Origin: Perkinsus olseni
Lineage: Eukaryota
Length of the DNA stretch: 47,505 nt
Direction of reading: 5' to 3'
NCBI GenBank assembly: GCA_013115125.1
Contig: JABANN010000248.1
Coordinates: forward strand, 1 to 47,505
A program made the translations under genes and the position numbers. Shown here one piece after another: positions 26,339 through 39,423 of this stretch. Numbering within the stretch: position 1 is the stretch's first letter; each line of letters opens with the position of its first letter. Below the pieces are notes generated by a model that did no database searches, was not told where the DNA came from, and worked only from the letters and a program-made list of their open reading frames with translations.

Positions 26339-26659
26339 TCAGTGGACAGTCTCGCTACAGCTGATAAAAGCGCGCGCCATTCTAATCGATATATTTTCTT
26401 GCATCCTATCCTTTACTTGCAACGCACTTGAAGAGATTTTTTTATCTTGCCTCCTCCTCCTTCCTTCGACGCGCACTGTCAAGGCCGTGACACGCTTCCG
26501 CGTCTACTACGACCTTTCATTGACCATCCGACCCGTCCTGTCACCCTGGGTCATCACAGATATCAAAGATACGCATCTGCGTGCTATCGCTGGACAGGGC
26601 CGCCCGGGTGAGTGTCTGAATTTTACGACGGGGGTTTACTTTTGTAAGTTAACTAAATA

Positions 26660-29600
26660 ATGACGACGAGCGACGCCGGTCCCCCTACGAGTGCCGCGGC
26701 CTCGGCAGAAATGGCTAAGAAGAGTTCGGGCGCTCGTAAGACGAATCTTGGCTGTGCGTGAGTATCTTCGAGTATCCTTAGTCCGACTTCGATACGAAGT
26801 TGTATACGTATCTTCTGAAGACGGTAAGAGCATGCTTCAACCTCGGATACTCTTATCAATACAGGAGCTCATCCCGCCAGTGAACTGGTGGTCCCCGAGA
26901 CGACGGGAGTTGGTATGACCAGTGGCCAAGGTTGGATATCCAAAAGATTCCCTACCTACCCACAGGTTAACCTGTCTTATACCATGATGCAATGATGGTA
27001 TCTTTTTAGATACTCATACTTGAGCTGGAACGTCGTAGTATCATCAACCAGATGCAATTCCTCAGTCATCAAAGCGCGATATCGACGAAGTTGGAACTGG
27101 TAGTAACGGAGTGGGCAGCAGCAGGCGCCAGGGTCGAACCCCTTCAGTATGTGTCCGTGGAGGGGCCTCAGACGCCCTACGACCCCGTCCAGGATCCCGA
27201 TGGTTGTGATTTTATACAGTCCATACCCTTCAGAAGGTTGGGGTATCTTTCTCTAGACTCTAACGAGAAGAGTAATCGGGAATTCTGTGTTAAGCACGCT
27301 TCAACCTCGGATATCAGGTCAATGGTTGGCTCGGGAATTGAAGTCTGTCTTCGTTGACTGCGAGGCAAGATTCATCCAAATCAAATTACACAAATGTCAC
27401 GTTAACACCCTCAACCTCCAGTCGCAAGTTGTAGTAGATGATGATTCATTATGTTGCTTTTGAAGGCCGTCCCTTCAGGGCCTTATCGCGGTCAATATTC
27501 TCGGCAATTATCTTGACCCACCACCACCGCCGCCACCCGTTTTGCCCTCTGAGGATGCCAGTAGTTGGTTCGTGTGCATGCGTGCAATACCACACCATTC
27601 GCAGTTCCTCCACCAATGGTGGCCGTCCCTGTCCTACACAGTGCGGATGCCGAACCCGGGGCGCATCAGAATTCCGGCTGGCCTCCCTTGGCGGTATGGA
27701 CGGCGTGCCAAGACACTCGGTGAAAGGATATACGGCCTCTTTAGGGACCCGAAGGCCTCGGGTTCGATTCTATGGGCGAGCATTTTGGCTTGGAAGTTCC
27801 CCCAGCTGTGTACCATCCCCAACCTTCAACTGGGGACTTCTCCCCCCTAGGGCCCGAGGGTATCTTCGGGACCGAGGCTGACCCGGAAACGCAAAAGCAA
27901 ATCGATCAGCTGCTGTCATTAAAGCAGCGGGCTGTGGAGGTTATATTGTCGTCGCCGGGATTCGAACCCGCGACCTCTATCGCCGCAGGTGGAGGACTAC
28001 GACGAGGCGATGCGACTGAAAGATGAGATAACCCGGTTGCAGGGAGTATCTCGGGCGTTGGCTGAGCTGGAGCGGAGTAAACGTATCGCTGTACAGGAAG
28101 AGGACTATCCCCGGGCCAAGGCATTGAAGGAGGAGATACACCGCCTCAGGTCTGCTCACCATCGCAGAACCCTCTACCACAGTGTAACACTCAGGACCAA
28201 CGGGGCCGCGGCCCAGCCGCCTCCTCGGCAATCACAGACTGTGTATGAGCCTCGGTACCAGTACTACCATCAGCATGGCGGACATTCGTTCCAAACTCCC
28301 TTGTCGGGGGTCTCTGGCCGTACCACCCCAATGGGGTTCAGTGGGGCTGATGGTACTACGGGCCTGATGGAACCCACGATCCTTCCTCCATCATCAGCAT
28401 ACAACGGGAGCAGCAGCAGCAGCAGCCGGCCAGTGAACACACATGATGAGATGCCGGCCGTCGCAGGTCAGCCTGTCGTGACTGGCATGGGTTGAAGTAT
28501 CCTTCAGGTGGCGGTGGGAGTAGTCAGCACAGATCCATCCTAGAGGCCGGACCAAACTCCCTTCCGGTACTTTCCTTCTTCTTCCGTGTCCGATCTCGAG
28601 TCCTCAGTCGGAGTACCTCGGCCAAGATCCCTATTATGCCGTAGCAACAGCCAACACAACGCCACCAACAGCAGCAGCTCCGATAGAGACGGGAGGCACG
28701 CCCAAGACCCCACCCTTGGGAGGGGACCGGGGACCCCATCCGGACCTGCCCGACGTCCCCAACTCCGAGGCCTTGCCGGCTGCGGGTAGGGGAGGATCTG
28801 GGAGGGCCCGTGGTCAATGGTGGCTTCAGAAATACTCCCCCCAGCGGTGGCCCATGAGGCCCAAGGGGCTCCAATGACCCTGTTGGGTGAGTATATAATT
28901 CGGTGTATAGTCAGCAAGGTGAGTTACGAATGGAGTGGTATGATAATAATTAGCACACATGCGCCCGCAGGATTGGAGAGTTCGCGAGGCGGGGTTCATC
29001 CAGGCCGAGCATGACCTCGAGAAGGGCGTGTGGGCTGATAAAGGGGACGCCGTCTCGGGCGCCCACGCTGCCATCTATGCCGTCCGAAAATGTGTAACTG
29101 ATAAAATTGCAAATGTAGGCCCTTCTCCTCCCCATCCCTGCCGTTACGCTCAGCTCTGTAGGTCTTCTTGCCATGCATGAGGCTCCTCCAAGCCGCAGCC
29201 AACAGTGTCTTTAACGTGGTGGCCACACCCATCTGAAGGGAGGCTCCCTAGCCCTCCCCTCAGATGGTATCGTCGATGCCCCGCGGCTCCCGTGACCTCC
29301 ACGCCATCCTCGAGCCCCTCATGCCAGCCCTCACCGATCGGCTGTCGGACCCCAACAAGCGCTGCCAGGAGGCCACACGGAATGCTATCCTCGCCATTGC
29401 CGTCAATGTTGGCCCTTCCTTCGCCACCCATCATGTACTCGGCAGCACCACTGAAGGGAAGGGGAGCGACTTTGGTAGGTATTGAAGATAACCTCCCGTC
29501 GGGGGGCGGGTGGGAGGGCTGCTGCGGCGCCGTCCCTCCTGCCCAACAAGGCCTTGTCGGCTCGCTGTGACGTCCTGCAAGCTGTGATTGACACCTGTGG

Positions 29601-30641
29601 CCTAGTGAGCACGGACGCTGGAGGAGTTGCGGAAAATGCGGTAGGAATACACCCCTCCTTCCCCTCCATCCCCTCCCAACCTAGCACGGTAGCAACAGCA
29701 GCTTCACCGCCCCAGTGCTGCTGACCATGGCCTTCGACCTTCTCAAGCAATGCCCCGCATCTGAGGTCCGGTCATCTGCGGTGTCCTTGGCAGCCAAGGT
29801 GGGGACTGTAGCCCCCCTCGGTGGTGCTGACTTGATGGTGTGGCAGGTCTGCAGTCTAGTCGGTAGGGACGCCATCAAGCCCTTCATTAAGAGCATCGAG
29901 AGGCAGTCCCAACGGGAGGTGAGGAGGGCGGCGGCGGCCGGGAGTTGTTTTATTCTTGCAGTAATATATTGCGATGAATTTCTACTTTGCGTCGGACGGG
30001 TGTAAAAGTCCTCAGGAAAAAATTATGACAACTTTCGTATCATCAATGTGGTCTCACGAGGCAAACAATGAGAACACGGCAAATTATTTTTGTACTTATT
30101 TGTGGATACTAGACCTGCCAATTTTGCGGAAATTGGGGTATGCTAGGTGAAGCGTCCTTCTCTAGGGTACAATTGTAGTGCTAACAGAAGTATTGAAGGT
30201 CCTAGTGCCAATTACGATGTTTCTTTCAGGCCATTGAGACGGAGATTGATCGGATCCTCAATGGTCGACGAGGGAGTAACAGCAGCAGTAGCAGTAAGAG
30301 TGCCCCTCGGCGGAGGCCCCAAACGGAGGACAGCCGGGTAAGTCCGCATTCTTCGAACCTTCCCTTCGAGGTCCCTGGATGCTCAGCCCATCTCTGGGCT
30401 CACCAAGGAGCAGCAGCCTGCGGCGGCGCCAACTCCCGTCGTTTGCCAATTCTGCGGCTATTCTGATCCGGAGTTCGGCAACCAGAGTGACCTATTGGAT
30501 CTGCATTACTGGCGAGAGTGTCCGAGCCTGACCCAATGCTACGGCTGTGGGCAAGTGGTGGAGCTCGCGGGCCTCGCCGAGCATCGGGCGGTTGAATGTG
30601 AGGCTGCTGCTGGTGCTGGTGCTGGCGAGGGGCAAACATGA
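26660..30641 (+). CDS. CEP104: Centrosomal protein CEP104-like (jelly-roll, coiled coil, TOG, C2HC zinc fingers), multi-exon
   Basis: YEVVYVSSED..HPASEL..GWIS; QFLSHQSAISTKLEL; FRRLGYLSLDSNEKS..ARELKSV; KQRAVEVEDYDEAMRLK; DWRVRE (TOG); CQFCG...LDLHYWRECPSLTQCYGCGQVVE...EH...EC. Confidence 0.88.
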
Positions 30642-31070
30642 TGATGATAACTGAATTAGTGGGGGGGGAGGCTGCCGCCATCATTTCATTCCATCCATGC
30701 CGAGTTGTGTTCGTCAGTGGGAGAAAATCATTGGAGCTGCAAGGAACAAACCCCAGCCGTAGCGATGGGAACGGCGAAGTGTTTCTTGGCTCTCATGCCG
30801 TCACACCGACGAATAGATTACCGCGCACGAATGAGCTTGTGAAGCCTCCACAGCGGCGACGACGACGACGACGACGACGGCTCGGACGGATCCGCGGTGC
30901 AGTTGACACGACCAGACGCTCATTCATACGCGAAGGGGATTGCCCGTTGTGGCAGCGTTCGGGCAGCCAACTGAATAACGCAACACAGGCTTCATCGTTA
31001 ACTTGCTACCACATCGGCATCGAGTCTAACCAAGCCGGCGACGGCTTTGGACTTTAAACTGACACACTCG

Positions 31071-31295
31071 TGAGATGCATGCTTCAACCTAAGATACGGC
31101 TGCTGCAGCAGCAGCAGCAGCACCTCAACAAGTTGCCCTCCCAGCCCATCAGCAAAGCACCTCGCCAGACTCATCGTGGAGGTACGAAGGAGGAGCTCAT
31201 GCAGCATCTTCCGAGTCGGGTCCGAGTCCGACCAGTTGTCATCGAGGCTCTCTGCCAATATACCCGACTGATGAGCGAAGGGAATCAAGAATGAT
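31071..31295 (-). pseudogene. Orphan duplicated copy of one DNAAF5 exon plus flanking intron sequence
   Basis: Close, co-oriented match to 35260-35477 (SGILAESLDDNWSDSDPTRKMLHELL vs SGILAEGLDDYWSDSDPTRRMLHELL). Confidence 0.75.
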
Positions 31296-31659
31296 GTTAA
31301 CAGCCATGGTAGAGGCTGCCCGACAAGTTACGGAGGTGTGGGGCTTCCATCGCGGCCATGACAAAGTCAATGAACTTGGCCGACGGGGTTGTTTACGTAG
31401 CAGGCACTCCGGTGTCCCTCGAGAAAGAGACCCCAACTGATATCGGCCCATCCGGCACCGCAGTAGCAATGACCTTCCTAAGGCTAGTTGTCAATACTGT
31501 GCACACCTCTTCATATACGCGCGTTGCTCGACACCTATTAGGGGCGGTGCATAGCCAGCCTATTAGTATGGCGCACGAGGGACTGATGGAGACACCAACA
31601 CAAGGCGGTCCATCATCCAACAACATCAACATCATAACGACAAGTCGTGAACAACATCT

Positions 31660-33430
31660 CTAGTCTTCTTCCTCTGGTGCAAGTTTCTCATTCCAGCCAG
31701 CAGCCACAGCTGCTGCTGTAGCGCCGACACGACTGTTGTATTCCCGTTGACTGATGCCCTTCTCCCGAAGGTCGATCCCCCAGGTGGCGGCATAGTCAGC
31801 GATGTCTCTGTAGATGGGGTCCTCTCGAGTACGCCCCTTCTTAGCTACTGTCATCATATACCTCATCAGATGCACATCGTTGCTTTCCAATGGCAAACTG
31901 ACAGAAGAGCACCTCCGTGCAGGAGGGCTGATGATAGTGACCTACTCGATGGTGTCGTTCCCTGTCTCGTGATCGACGAACTTGATTGAGCTCACGACGA
32001 AGCGGTTCAGTCGAGCAAGCCAGTACAGGGTAGTCGTAGCGGGAAGAAGTGACTAAGTTATGGTATGAAACTGATGACCATGGGCTGAGCTCACCTCCGG
32101 AGGCCCAAACATGTGGACGGGCCCTTCCGTACGGCCATTATCGTCCTCTGCCAGAGTCGATTTCCTCAAGGCCTCCCTTACCACGGCCAAGACAGCTGAG
32201 GACTCGTCGACGGCTGCCCCGCCGCCGCCGCGCTCCTTCCTCAGGAGGGCCTTTCCCCAGGCATAAACGGTCTCCGAACAGCCCGGGGCTTCAACGTTCC
32301 GTAGAGGGTCCATGAAGGGCAGCCAGTCGACCTCGAACAGCCACCACAGCGTCTTGGTCTCCACGACTGGAGCAACGCGATCCCCGGCATAGGTGGTCCT
32401 GCTAGACCAGGTGCCGATCACTGCGTTCAGGCTCCTACCTATTCTCGCCAAGAGTTGCGTAGTCGATGATGTATCGTCCATTCTTCAGGTCGAACTTCAA
32501 GGTAACCGAAGCTTGCCACTGACGAACGACAAGCCGCTCATCAAGGCCCGCGTGGGCATCCGTACGGGCGTCGTGGTCTCCCGGCCTCCGTCTAATGATT
32601 CTCTCTCGACCGTGGCGTCGCTTCCGAAGACGTCTGTCTCAATAACGCAGCCGTCCTGGACAGGAGAAACGAATCTTGCAGTCGCTGGGTGATCGGAGAG
32701 CGTCACCTGGAGGGGGTATTTCCGTTTCAATTGTCTCTTCGGCTTCGTACTCGTCGAAGGGTCTGCTGACACGGCGGAGAATGACCTCAATCACCGGCTG
32801 GGCCATCACCTAGCGGGTCGCTTGTCTGGCCAGGGGAAGTACAGAGGAGGATGATCAGCAGCCAAGGTCGCAGAGGGGCATTCATGACCGAAATGTCAAC
32901 CTCGAGTGTCCCCGAGCCTTGGAGTAATGCACTCAAGCTTATTCTTAATCAAGCCTCGGAAATCTTAGGCTTCGTATTTTTCGACCCTTCCCGTTGGTAA
33001 CCAGGGGCCAAAGATATTCCGGAATCGATACCGTTCTCGCCTACGACAATTCTATGACCCCCATCAGCTTCCACTGCCCAAGCATATGTCCAAGCAAACG
33101 TCTCAGAGGTCAGGCCCTCGCTGTGGTCAGACTTCGGAAACACCATAGTGGAATGAGGACATGTTAGTGCACTTCGAGCGCTGTCTTCTACCGCTGGAAA
33201 CCTCATCATTCGAGCATGGTGTGGGGCGCACAGGTACGGAATCTTAGGTTCACTCTAGTCCGTCATAGTGCAAATGGATTCCCTCAATTCCCAGAAGGTC
33301 AACCAGCACTCAGAAGTCCTTCCCGAAGTGTCCGGGATTAATAGGATGAGGAGCTTTCCTCATACTTCGTGCTGTGCATGGTGGTGCAATCAACTTGGCA
33401 TCCGTCGTCCCCCCCGGGTGGAGGACATGA
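31660..33430 (-). CDS. Hypothetical multi-exon protein
   Basis: Long minus-strand ORF blocks at 32949-33209, 32497-32790, 32053-32481 and 31660-31896 (ending EKLAPEEED*). No family recognised; the 5' end is uncertain and lies next to the MITE. Confidence 0.45.
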
Positions 33431-33447
33431 CCGGCGGTCCGCTACTA

Positions 33448-33697
33448 CAGGGTGCCGACTTAAAAAGGGCAGACCCCTCATGAATTGTCCGTGCGGACGA
33501 GTTGAGAGTTGTAACGCACACCAATCGAAAGCTCTCGTCGAGCTCTACGCAACCCCGTTCTCAGCGTCGTCTCACTCGAATTGCCCATGGAAGGGCACGC
33601 CGCTGTGAAGAATGATCGACGCTTGAGGAAGTCGACGGAGGGCATTTCTGTGACTCGGCGGTGATGAGGGGTCTGCCCTTTTTAAGTCGGCACCCTG
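33448..33697. mobile_element. 250-bp MITE of the Tc1/mariner superfamily
   Basis: Perfect 34-bp terminal inverted repeats CAGGGTGCCGACTTAAAAAGGGCAGACCCCTCAT (33448-33481 and 33664-33697), flanked by TA on both sides. No transposase ORF. Confidence 0.92.
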
Positions 33698-33924
33698 TAG
33701 TTACGACTAGGTAAAACCGCTGGTGCGAGGCCTTGAGACTGTTTAACGCGGGATCTCTCGGAGCCGAGTTGGTGAGACCAAGACGACAAGAAAGCCTTCG
33801 GTGCTCAGAGTTCGGTGCCGCACGTTAACGGATTTATGATCGTCCTCGACGGTTCCTCGTACCCCATACTTCCCAACCCAACAACACGTTACGGTCATCG
33901 AGACGGAAGCACAAAACATGGCGG

Positions 33925-36900
33925 TCACGATGATGATGATAGTCCCCTATTGAGGAGGGAGAGGCAGAGGTCAGGTTGGAGCGAGTTGGCTGCTGCTGTA
34001 TCAACCTCCGCTTCGAATGCACTCCCGCCGGCTGCCGACGCCTGACGACCATCAACACTCTGCCTTGCCCGTCTAGCCGTTACTGCCCACCTCCCTCAAT
34101 GCAGCATACACGGCCTTGGACAGCTGCATGTTGCTGTCGTCCAAATGCACGAACAGAGCTCGGACGATGTAACCTGAGGAGCCCTAGGGCTGCTACAGCA
34201 GCAACCGAGAGGCCCCTACCGAAGACGCTGTTGGACAGGGCCTTCATCGTCCCAGGCCGGCTGCTGAGGACCTCCATCAGCACCTCTAACGCTCGGCACG
34301 CCAAAATCCTGAAAAATCAATATTCCCCACGACAAGAGCACAACCCTCCGCAGACCTTATCTCATCAACACTATCATCGAGGCGCTTGAGCAGGTCTGGG
34401 TAGCACTCCCGAAGGACCTCCGCGTCGAACTCGTCCAACTGCTGGTCATCGGCCATCTTCCCAAAAATGTCGATGATGATGACGGTGGTGGCCAAGTGAC
34501 GATTGTCCGGCGTGAAGGCGTCGTCCAGGCTGCTCCTCAGCAGAGGAATCTGCCAACGCCTCCACGACCAAGGGGACGGAATAGGACGGGCCGTACCAGC
34601 TCTTCCAATATCGACCTCATCCAGTTGGCTTGGACAGCGGGTAAGGTCGTGTGGAGGGCCAACAGCGAGGCCTTCCTTATTCTGGTATTAGCCTAGAGAG
34701 GGTTACTCCGAGGAGGGTATCAGGGGAGATGGCAGAGTAGAGACGATGCTATCAATGGAACCAGCGGCCGAAGAAGCGGGAAGCATCGTGGGGATGAATT
34801 CAATGCGAAGTGGGGCAGAATACACACTGTGACACTATGCAAATGGCAGCAGCCCTGATCATCACACAAGGGCAACCCGCCCACCTGGCCGGGCCGCCAG
34901 ATCAAGTTCGGTAGGAGAACCCCTGTGACGAGACTAACAGCAGGAGGACTTGCCCTCGGCAGATCGACGGTAGTTGATACACCTAAGAAGCAAGACTACG
35001 ACCCGGGCACAGATCAGTCGTCCTACAGCCGATAGTCAAGTGGTGTGGCTCGGTGTCCGGGGGTGTCTGAGAAGCCTTCTTCAAGGCCTCTAGTAGGGGC
35101 CTGAGGGAGGGACTTTGACGGGTGCCGGCCGCCCTACTCACCCTCCTCCCTCCTCGGATGCTCTCCTCGCTACGTCATAGACGCTCTCGATGACGTCCAC
35201 ACGACAGCTGGGGGTACAGCGTTCAGGGTCGGATTGGAAACAGAGCATCTAATGTTGCATGAGATGCATGCTTCAACCTAAGATACGCCTGCAACAGTAC
35301 CTCAATAAGCTGCCCTCCCAGAGCATCACCAAAGCACCTCGCCAGACTCATCGTGGAGGTACGACGGAGGAGCTCATGCAGCATCCTCCGAGTCGGGTCC
35401 GAGTCCGACCAATAATCATCGAGGCCCTCTGCCAATATTCCCGACTGATGATGAGAGAAGGGAATCAACATTGATGAGATGTTCAGCTTGCCGCCTCACC
35501 AACTGTACGTCAAAGTACATGTCATAGACGGCGGCCGGCGACGTCCCTTCCCGGGCAGCCAGCAGAGCGATGCAGTCTCCCACCTGACCAGACGGGTATG
35601 TCGGCGCTCCCACAGGCGAGAAGGACCTCAGGGGAGTCCGAGGACGAGGCCACACACTGCAGCAGCAGACCGAAGAGGCGAGTGACCAAGGTGTCGGACA
35701 GCCCTGAGGATACACTGCTGCTGCTGTTGTTGCCCCCTTGACGAGTGCTGACCACCTCCCTTCAGCTGGAGCATCGCCTTCAGCACACGAGGTACGATTG
35801 TGATGGTATCGGAGGAGACGGTGAGCGCAGCGTGGATGACGTCGAGAGCGGTGGAGAGGACGTCCGTGGTGATGCTACGGCCGGCGTGGACTTCAATAGC
35901 ATCACCCAACAGCAGGAGGAGGTCCTGCCGACAGAACAGCGACAACAACCACGCAATAGACGACCGAGTCGTTCTGCGGCACGTCCAAGATGAGGAAACA
36001 GATAACGAAAGACTATTGTCTTCATCTATATCGATTTATTGGTACTCAGAGCGCTCCAGTAGCACCCACTGGTCGACCATGGGTGAACCCACCTCAGCCC
36101 CGGCCCGGGAAGTGATTCTGTAGTTATTGGTGGTCCTGGCAGCCCCCACCACTCGCGTCGTCACGCGCCCCAGGTTCTCTTCATTCCAGTAGTCGCCATC
36201 GCCTGAGCGATGATCAACAAGAGTTGGGCAAGTTGTGGTATTAGAATGTCCACGCACTGGCAGGGGCATCAGGAGTATCATCAACTGTACAGCCCAAATG
36301 CTTAGCCATAATATTAACTATGACCCCAAATGCATTGACGCCGGCACGATCCACGATAACGCCGAGCAGGGTGCCTGAACGACCACGATGGTCGGCACCT
36401 CCATGGCAACCAAGATGGTGATGATACAGTCCAGACGAGTGGTGAGGGGCAGCTCTCGGGAGGAGTAGAATGATAGAGTTATGACGAGCGTCCGGTCATC
36501 GTGAGGGGTTTGCAGACGAGCACGTTTTCAGTATATTCATCAGTCTAAACCTCCGATAAGACGAGACAAAGTGACGGCTTTGTAATGGTAGAGCTCAGAT
36601 TCTCTTCAGCCACATGCCGCTGACCTACGGCAGGCCTTGGTAACCCTCGCCTCAGCGTCAACATCATCATCTCTGATGGCCCGGTAGATGTGGATGATGA
36701 GCTCTTCGATAAACGGCATAGCCTTTCGGGTATCCGCCATCAGCATTACAGCCTGGGAGAGGTACCGGGTTCGATCCCCAGGGACGGCATTTTTCCAACT
36801 CACTGTGCACATCCTGATGATTTGCTCTCTGACACCGGTGGAGGCAGTCCATTCCACCATACCATTCAACGCGAAGCGAAGCAATGGTTCTGTGAAAATT

Positions 36901-39423
36901 GTCACGTACCTGAGGTTAAAGCATGCAAGATGCAAATCAGGTCAAGTTTGAGCTTGCGCGTCGCACCATCGGGATTCATCCGACTGGCACGCCTCTTCCT
37001 GCGTCCCTTCAACAGACCCAAACCTAGCCAACTCCGGCACCCTGCTCGGACAAGGGGGGACCTCCAGAAAATCCCCAAGCAGAACTCCTCCCTCTTTCGG
37101 GAACCCTCCCGAAAGGTCTTCCGTCGCTTCACGCTTACACAGGGCCGCCTTCCGGAGTGCATCCAAAGCACGAGTCGACACTAAAACGAACAGTGGAATG
37201 CCGCCGTTCGCGTGGGTCGATGATAACTAACCCAGATCAAACTGGTACCGTATATCAACAGGAAGATTATCCGGGTCCCATGGGCCAAGGCGATGCCTTC
37301 ATTCGTGATCACTTGCTTTTACTCTACAACTACAACTACCCCAATGGGATTACGTCGCCCACTATCGCAATGCTGCTACGTACGACGATCCGCAGCAGCA
37401 GCAGCAGAAGGCCTGTGTGTCATCACGCCCTCCGATGATGTGCGAGCCGACCTCTCACCTTTGTCATCTCCCACCATGACCATGAGTTGGCTCAAGACTC
37501 GACCCTCCCAATCCGGCATTAGCGTGGAAATCATCTCTCGAGCGGCCTCCTTCGAGGAAGCATCTTCCTCGTCCAGCGTAGTGGCCGCTGCCTTCAGACT
37601 GAACAGGTTCGAAGATTCTTCGCTGTGCGCAAGATACGCCCTACTTCTGACCATCCAACTTCGCTCCGCTAACCAAAATCCCCTCCAAAAAATCAACAAC
37701 GGTTGCTCGGACCTAAAAGGCCTCCTCAGCGTTGAGGAAATGCAAGATTGCAAGATACCTTCTCGTTTCTGTCCCTCACTAGACCATCATCAGCAGCCGC
37801 GCCCCCTATCGCGGCGATGATCTCCTCAGCGTGAGCGAAAAACAACAACTGGGGTACTGGCGGACCCGCCGAGATCAAACAGTCTGGCCCTGAGCACGCA
37901 TATCTTTGCGCACAGCAAAGATTCTTAGAATAAGCAAGAGCACCTCTCTTAAGCTTGAATGTTGCACGCATCAACATAAGATTCCTAATAGCCATCAGGG
38001 TTCGTTGACGGACCTGCCGGAGGACCTCAGCCCTCCCTCCCTCCCCCCTTGCCCACCCTCCACTGCTGATGTCGGGTATTCCGCACCAACGCCGCGACGA
38101 GGGTCTCTCGGGCGGCCGAGCAGCTCAGTACCTCAGTAAGCATGGACGACGCTCGAGCAGTATCAACGTTCGCTCTTCTGTCGCCTACCTTGTCTCCCTG
38201 TAGGGTCTCCGCCATCACTCCCACAAGGTCGCATGCCTCTTTCTTGACATCAGGACAGGTATCTTGCATTGCCATACCACACGTTTCGATAATCTAAGAG
38301 AATTCCGACTACGATTCCGCTAGCCCGCGATCTAGACAGCAGGAAGCGACGCAAGCGAACGACCTCCACAGACAGAGGAGGTCAACGTCCGGAGGGGGGG
38401 GCAAGAAAACAACAATCTCTTGAGCCCCAAGCGATTGCGAGATCCACTTGGAAGTCCCCTAGTCTGGCCACCACGCGACTCCACGTAGCACGCAAAGCAA
38501 GATCGCGGAACTAAGTTGGTCGGAACACTGCAGACTTCCCCGCACGAGGAATGTCGATCGACAATTACCGAGTTCAGGAGCACTACCGAGACTGAAATTA
38601 TCGGGTAAAGAGTCAGGACCCAGAAGCGTTCTTGAAACTCAGGGAAGGCATGAGTCTACCGCTCGTCCAGATAGATCCTCACGTCGTTCGAACTCTTGCT
38701 GATCTCCTGTCCACCAGACGAGCGTCGCAGCAACGCCCTGAGCAGGCCGATGAGCTGACATCGAAGCTCCTCGCAAGACTCCTGGCCACCCCTGATGCGA
38801 CTACAGATGGCTGCGATGAGGACCTGACCAACGACCAAGAGGAGGAGGAGGAGGAGGAGGAGGAGGAGGAGGAGGGGGCTGAGGTCATTCGACAAGTCCA
38901 TCAAGGAACGCTGATTGTTATCAGGAATCTTAGGTTGATGCGTGCAACATTCAAGTTCAAAAGATATGCTGTGTGCGAGATACTACCGAGGAAGTTTCGT
39001 CGATCGTCTCCGACTTCAAAAAATTAATAAAATTCATCATCACCTCGATGGCAGAAATCCGGACCTACGGGAAGGCATAACGATCGGGGGAAAGATACTC
39101 CGCAATCGCGACCTCGTGGACAAAGTGCAAGGGTCAACCTAAGATTCCAAACAACCCACCTTCTCCACTGGGTCAGCGAACAGTCTAGCAACAGGTTTGT
39201 GAAGATCCTCATAATACAGTCTCGACAGAGCCGCCAGCGCGTCTTCACTTGCTGGTGCAACGAGGCGTATCTTTCTCTCATGCTTGCACATCATACGTAA
39301 GGTTGCCTCCACCTCCCTCTGGATGCTTAAGATTCCTTGCAGCCGGAGCCGCCTGTCGGGGTCCGCAAGGCAATTGATGCTCCTCCTGAGACTTTGCGAT
39401 AGACTTTCGTATGATAGCGCCAT
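33925..39423 (-). CDS. DNAAF5: Dynein axonemal assembly factor 5 (HEATR2)-like HEAT-repeat protein, multi-exon
   Basis: LRRSINCLADPDRRLR, RLFADPVEK, ESCEELR, DTCPDVKKEAC, RNTRHQQWRV and YPDLLKRLDDSVDEIR. The last exon ends NRGLSSSS* (33925-33927). Confidence 0.82.
36757..36794 (+). repeat. Representative isolated tRNA 3'-fragment (T-arm/B-box) in an intron
   Basis: GAGAGGTACCGGGTTCGATCCCCAGGGACGGCATTTTT, with no D-arm or anticodon arm upstream. About 11 similar copies occur in the window. Confidence 0.75.
37941..38968. repeat. Pair of 76-bp inverted repeats in two DNAAF5 introns (37941-38016 and 38893-38968)
   Basis: Manual ungapped alignment gives 13 mismatches in 76 nt. Each copy contains the 28-bp element. 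Confidence 0.85.
38839..38874. repeat. (GAG)12 microsatellite
   Basis: Directly visible. On the minus strand it forms the pyrimidine tract before a DNAAF5 acceptor. Confidence 0.9.

Noticed and set aside
27755-27780. Additional B-box-like GGGTTCGATTC
   Set aside because: No T-stem pairing and probably within CEP104 coding sequence, so not counted.
30858-30879. (CGA)n tract
   Set aside because: Ordinary short microsatellite.
37486-37495. TTGGCTCAAG, resembling the 3' end of the perkinsid/dinoflagellate spliced leader
   Set aside because: Only 10 nt, antisense within a DNAAF5 exon. No relic leader was seen upstream of the intronless genes.
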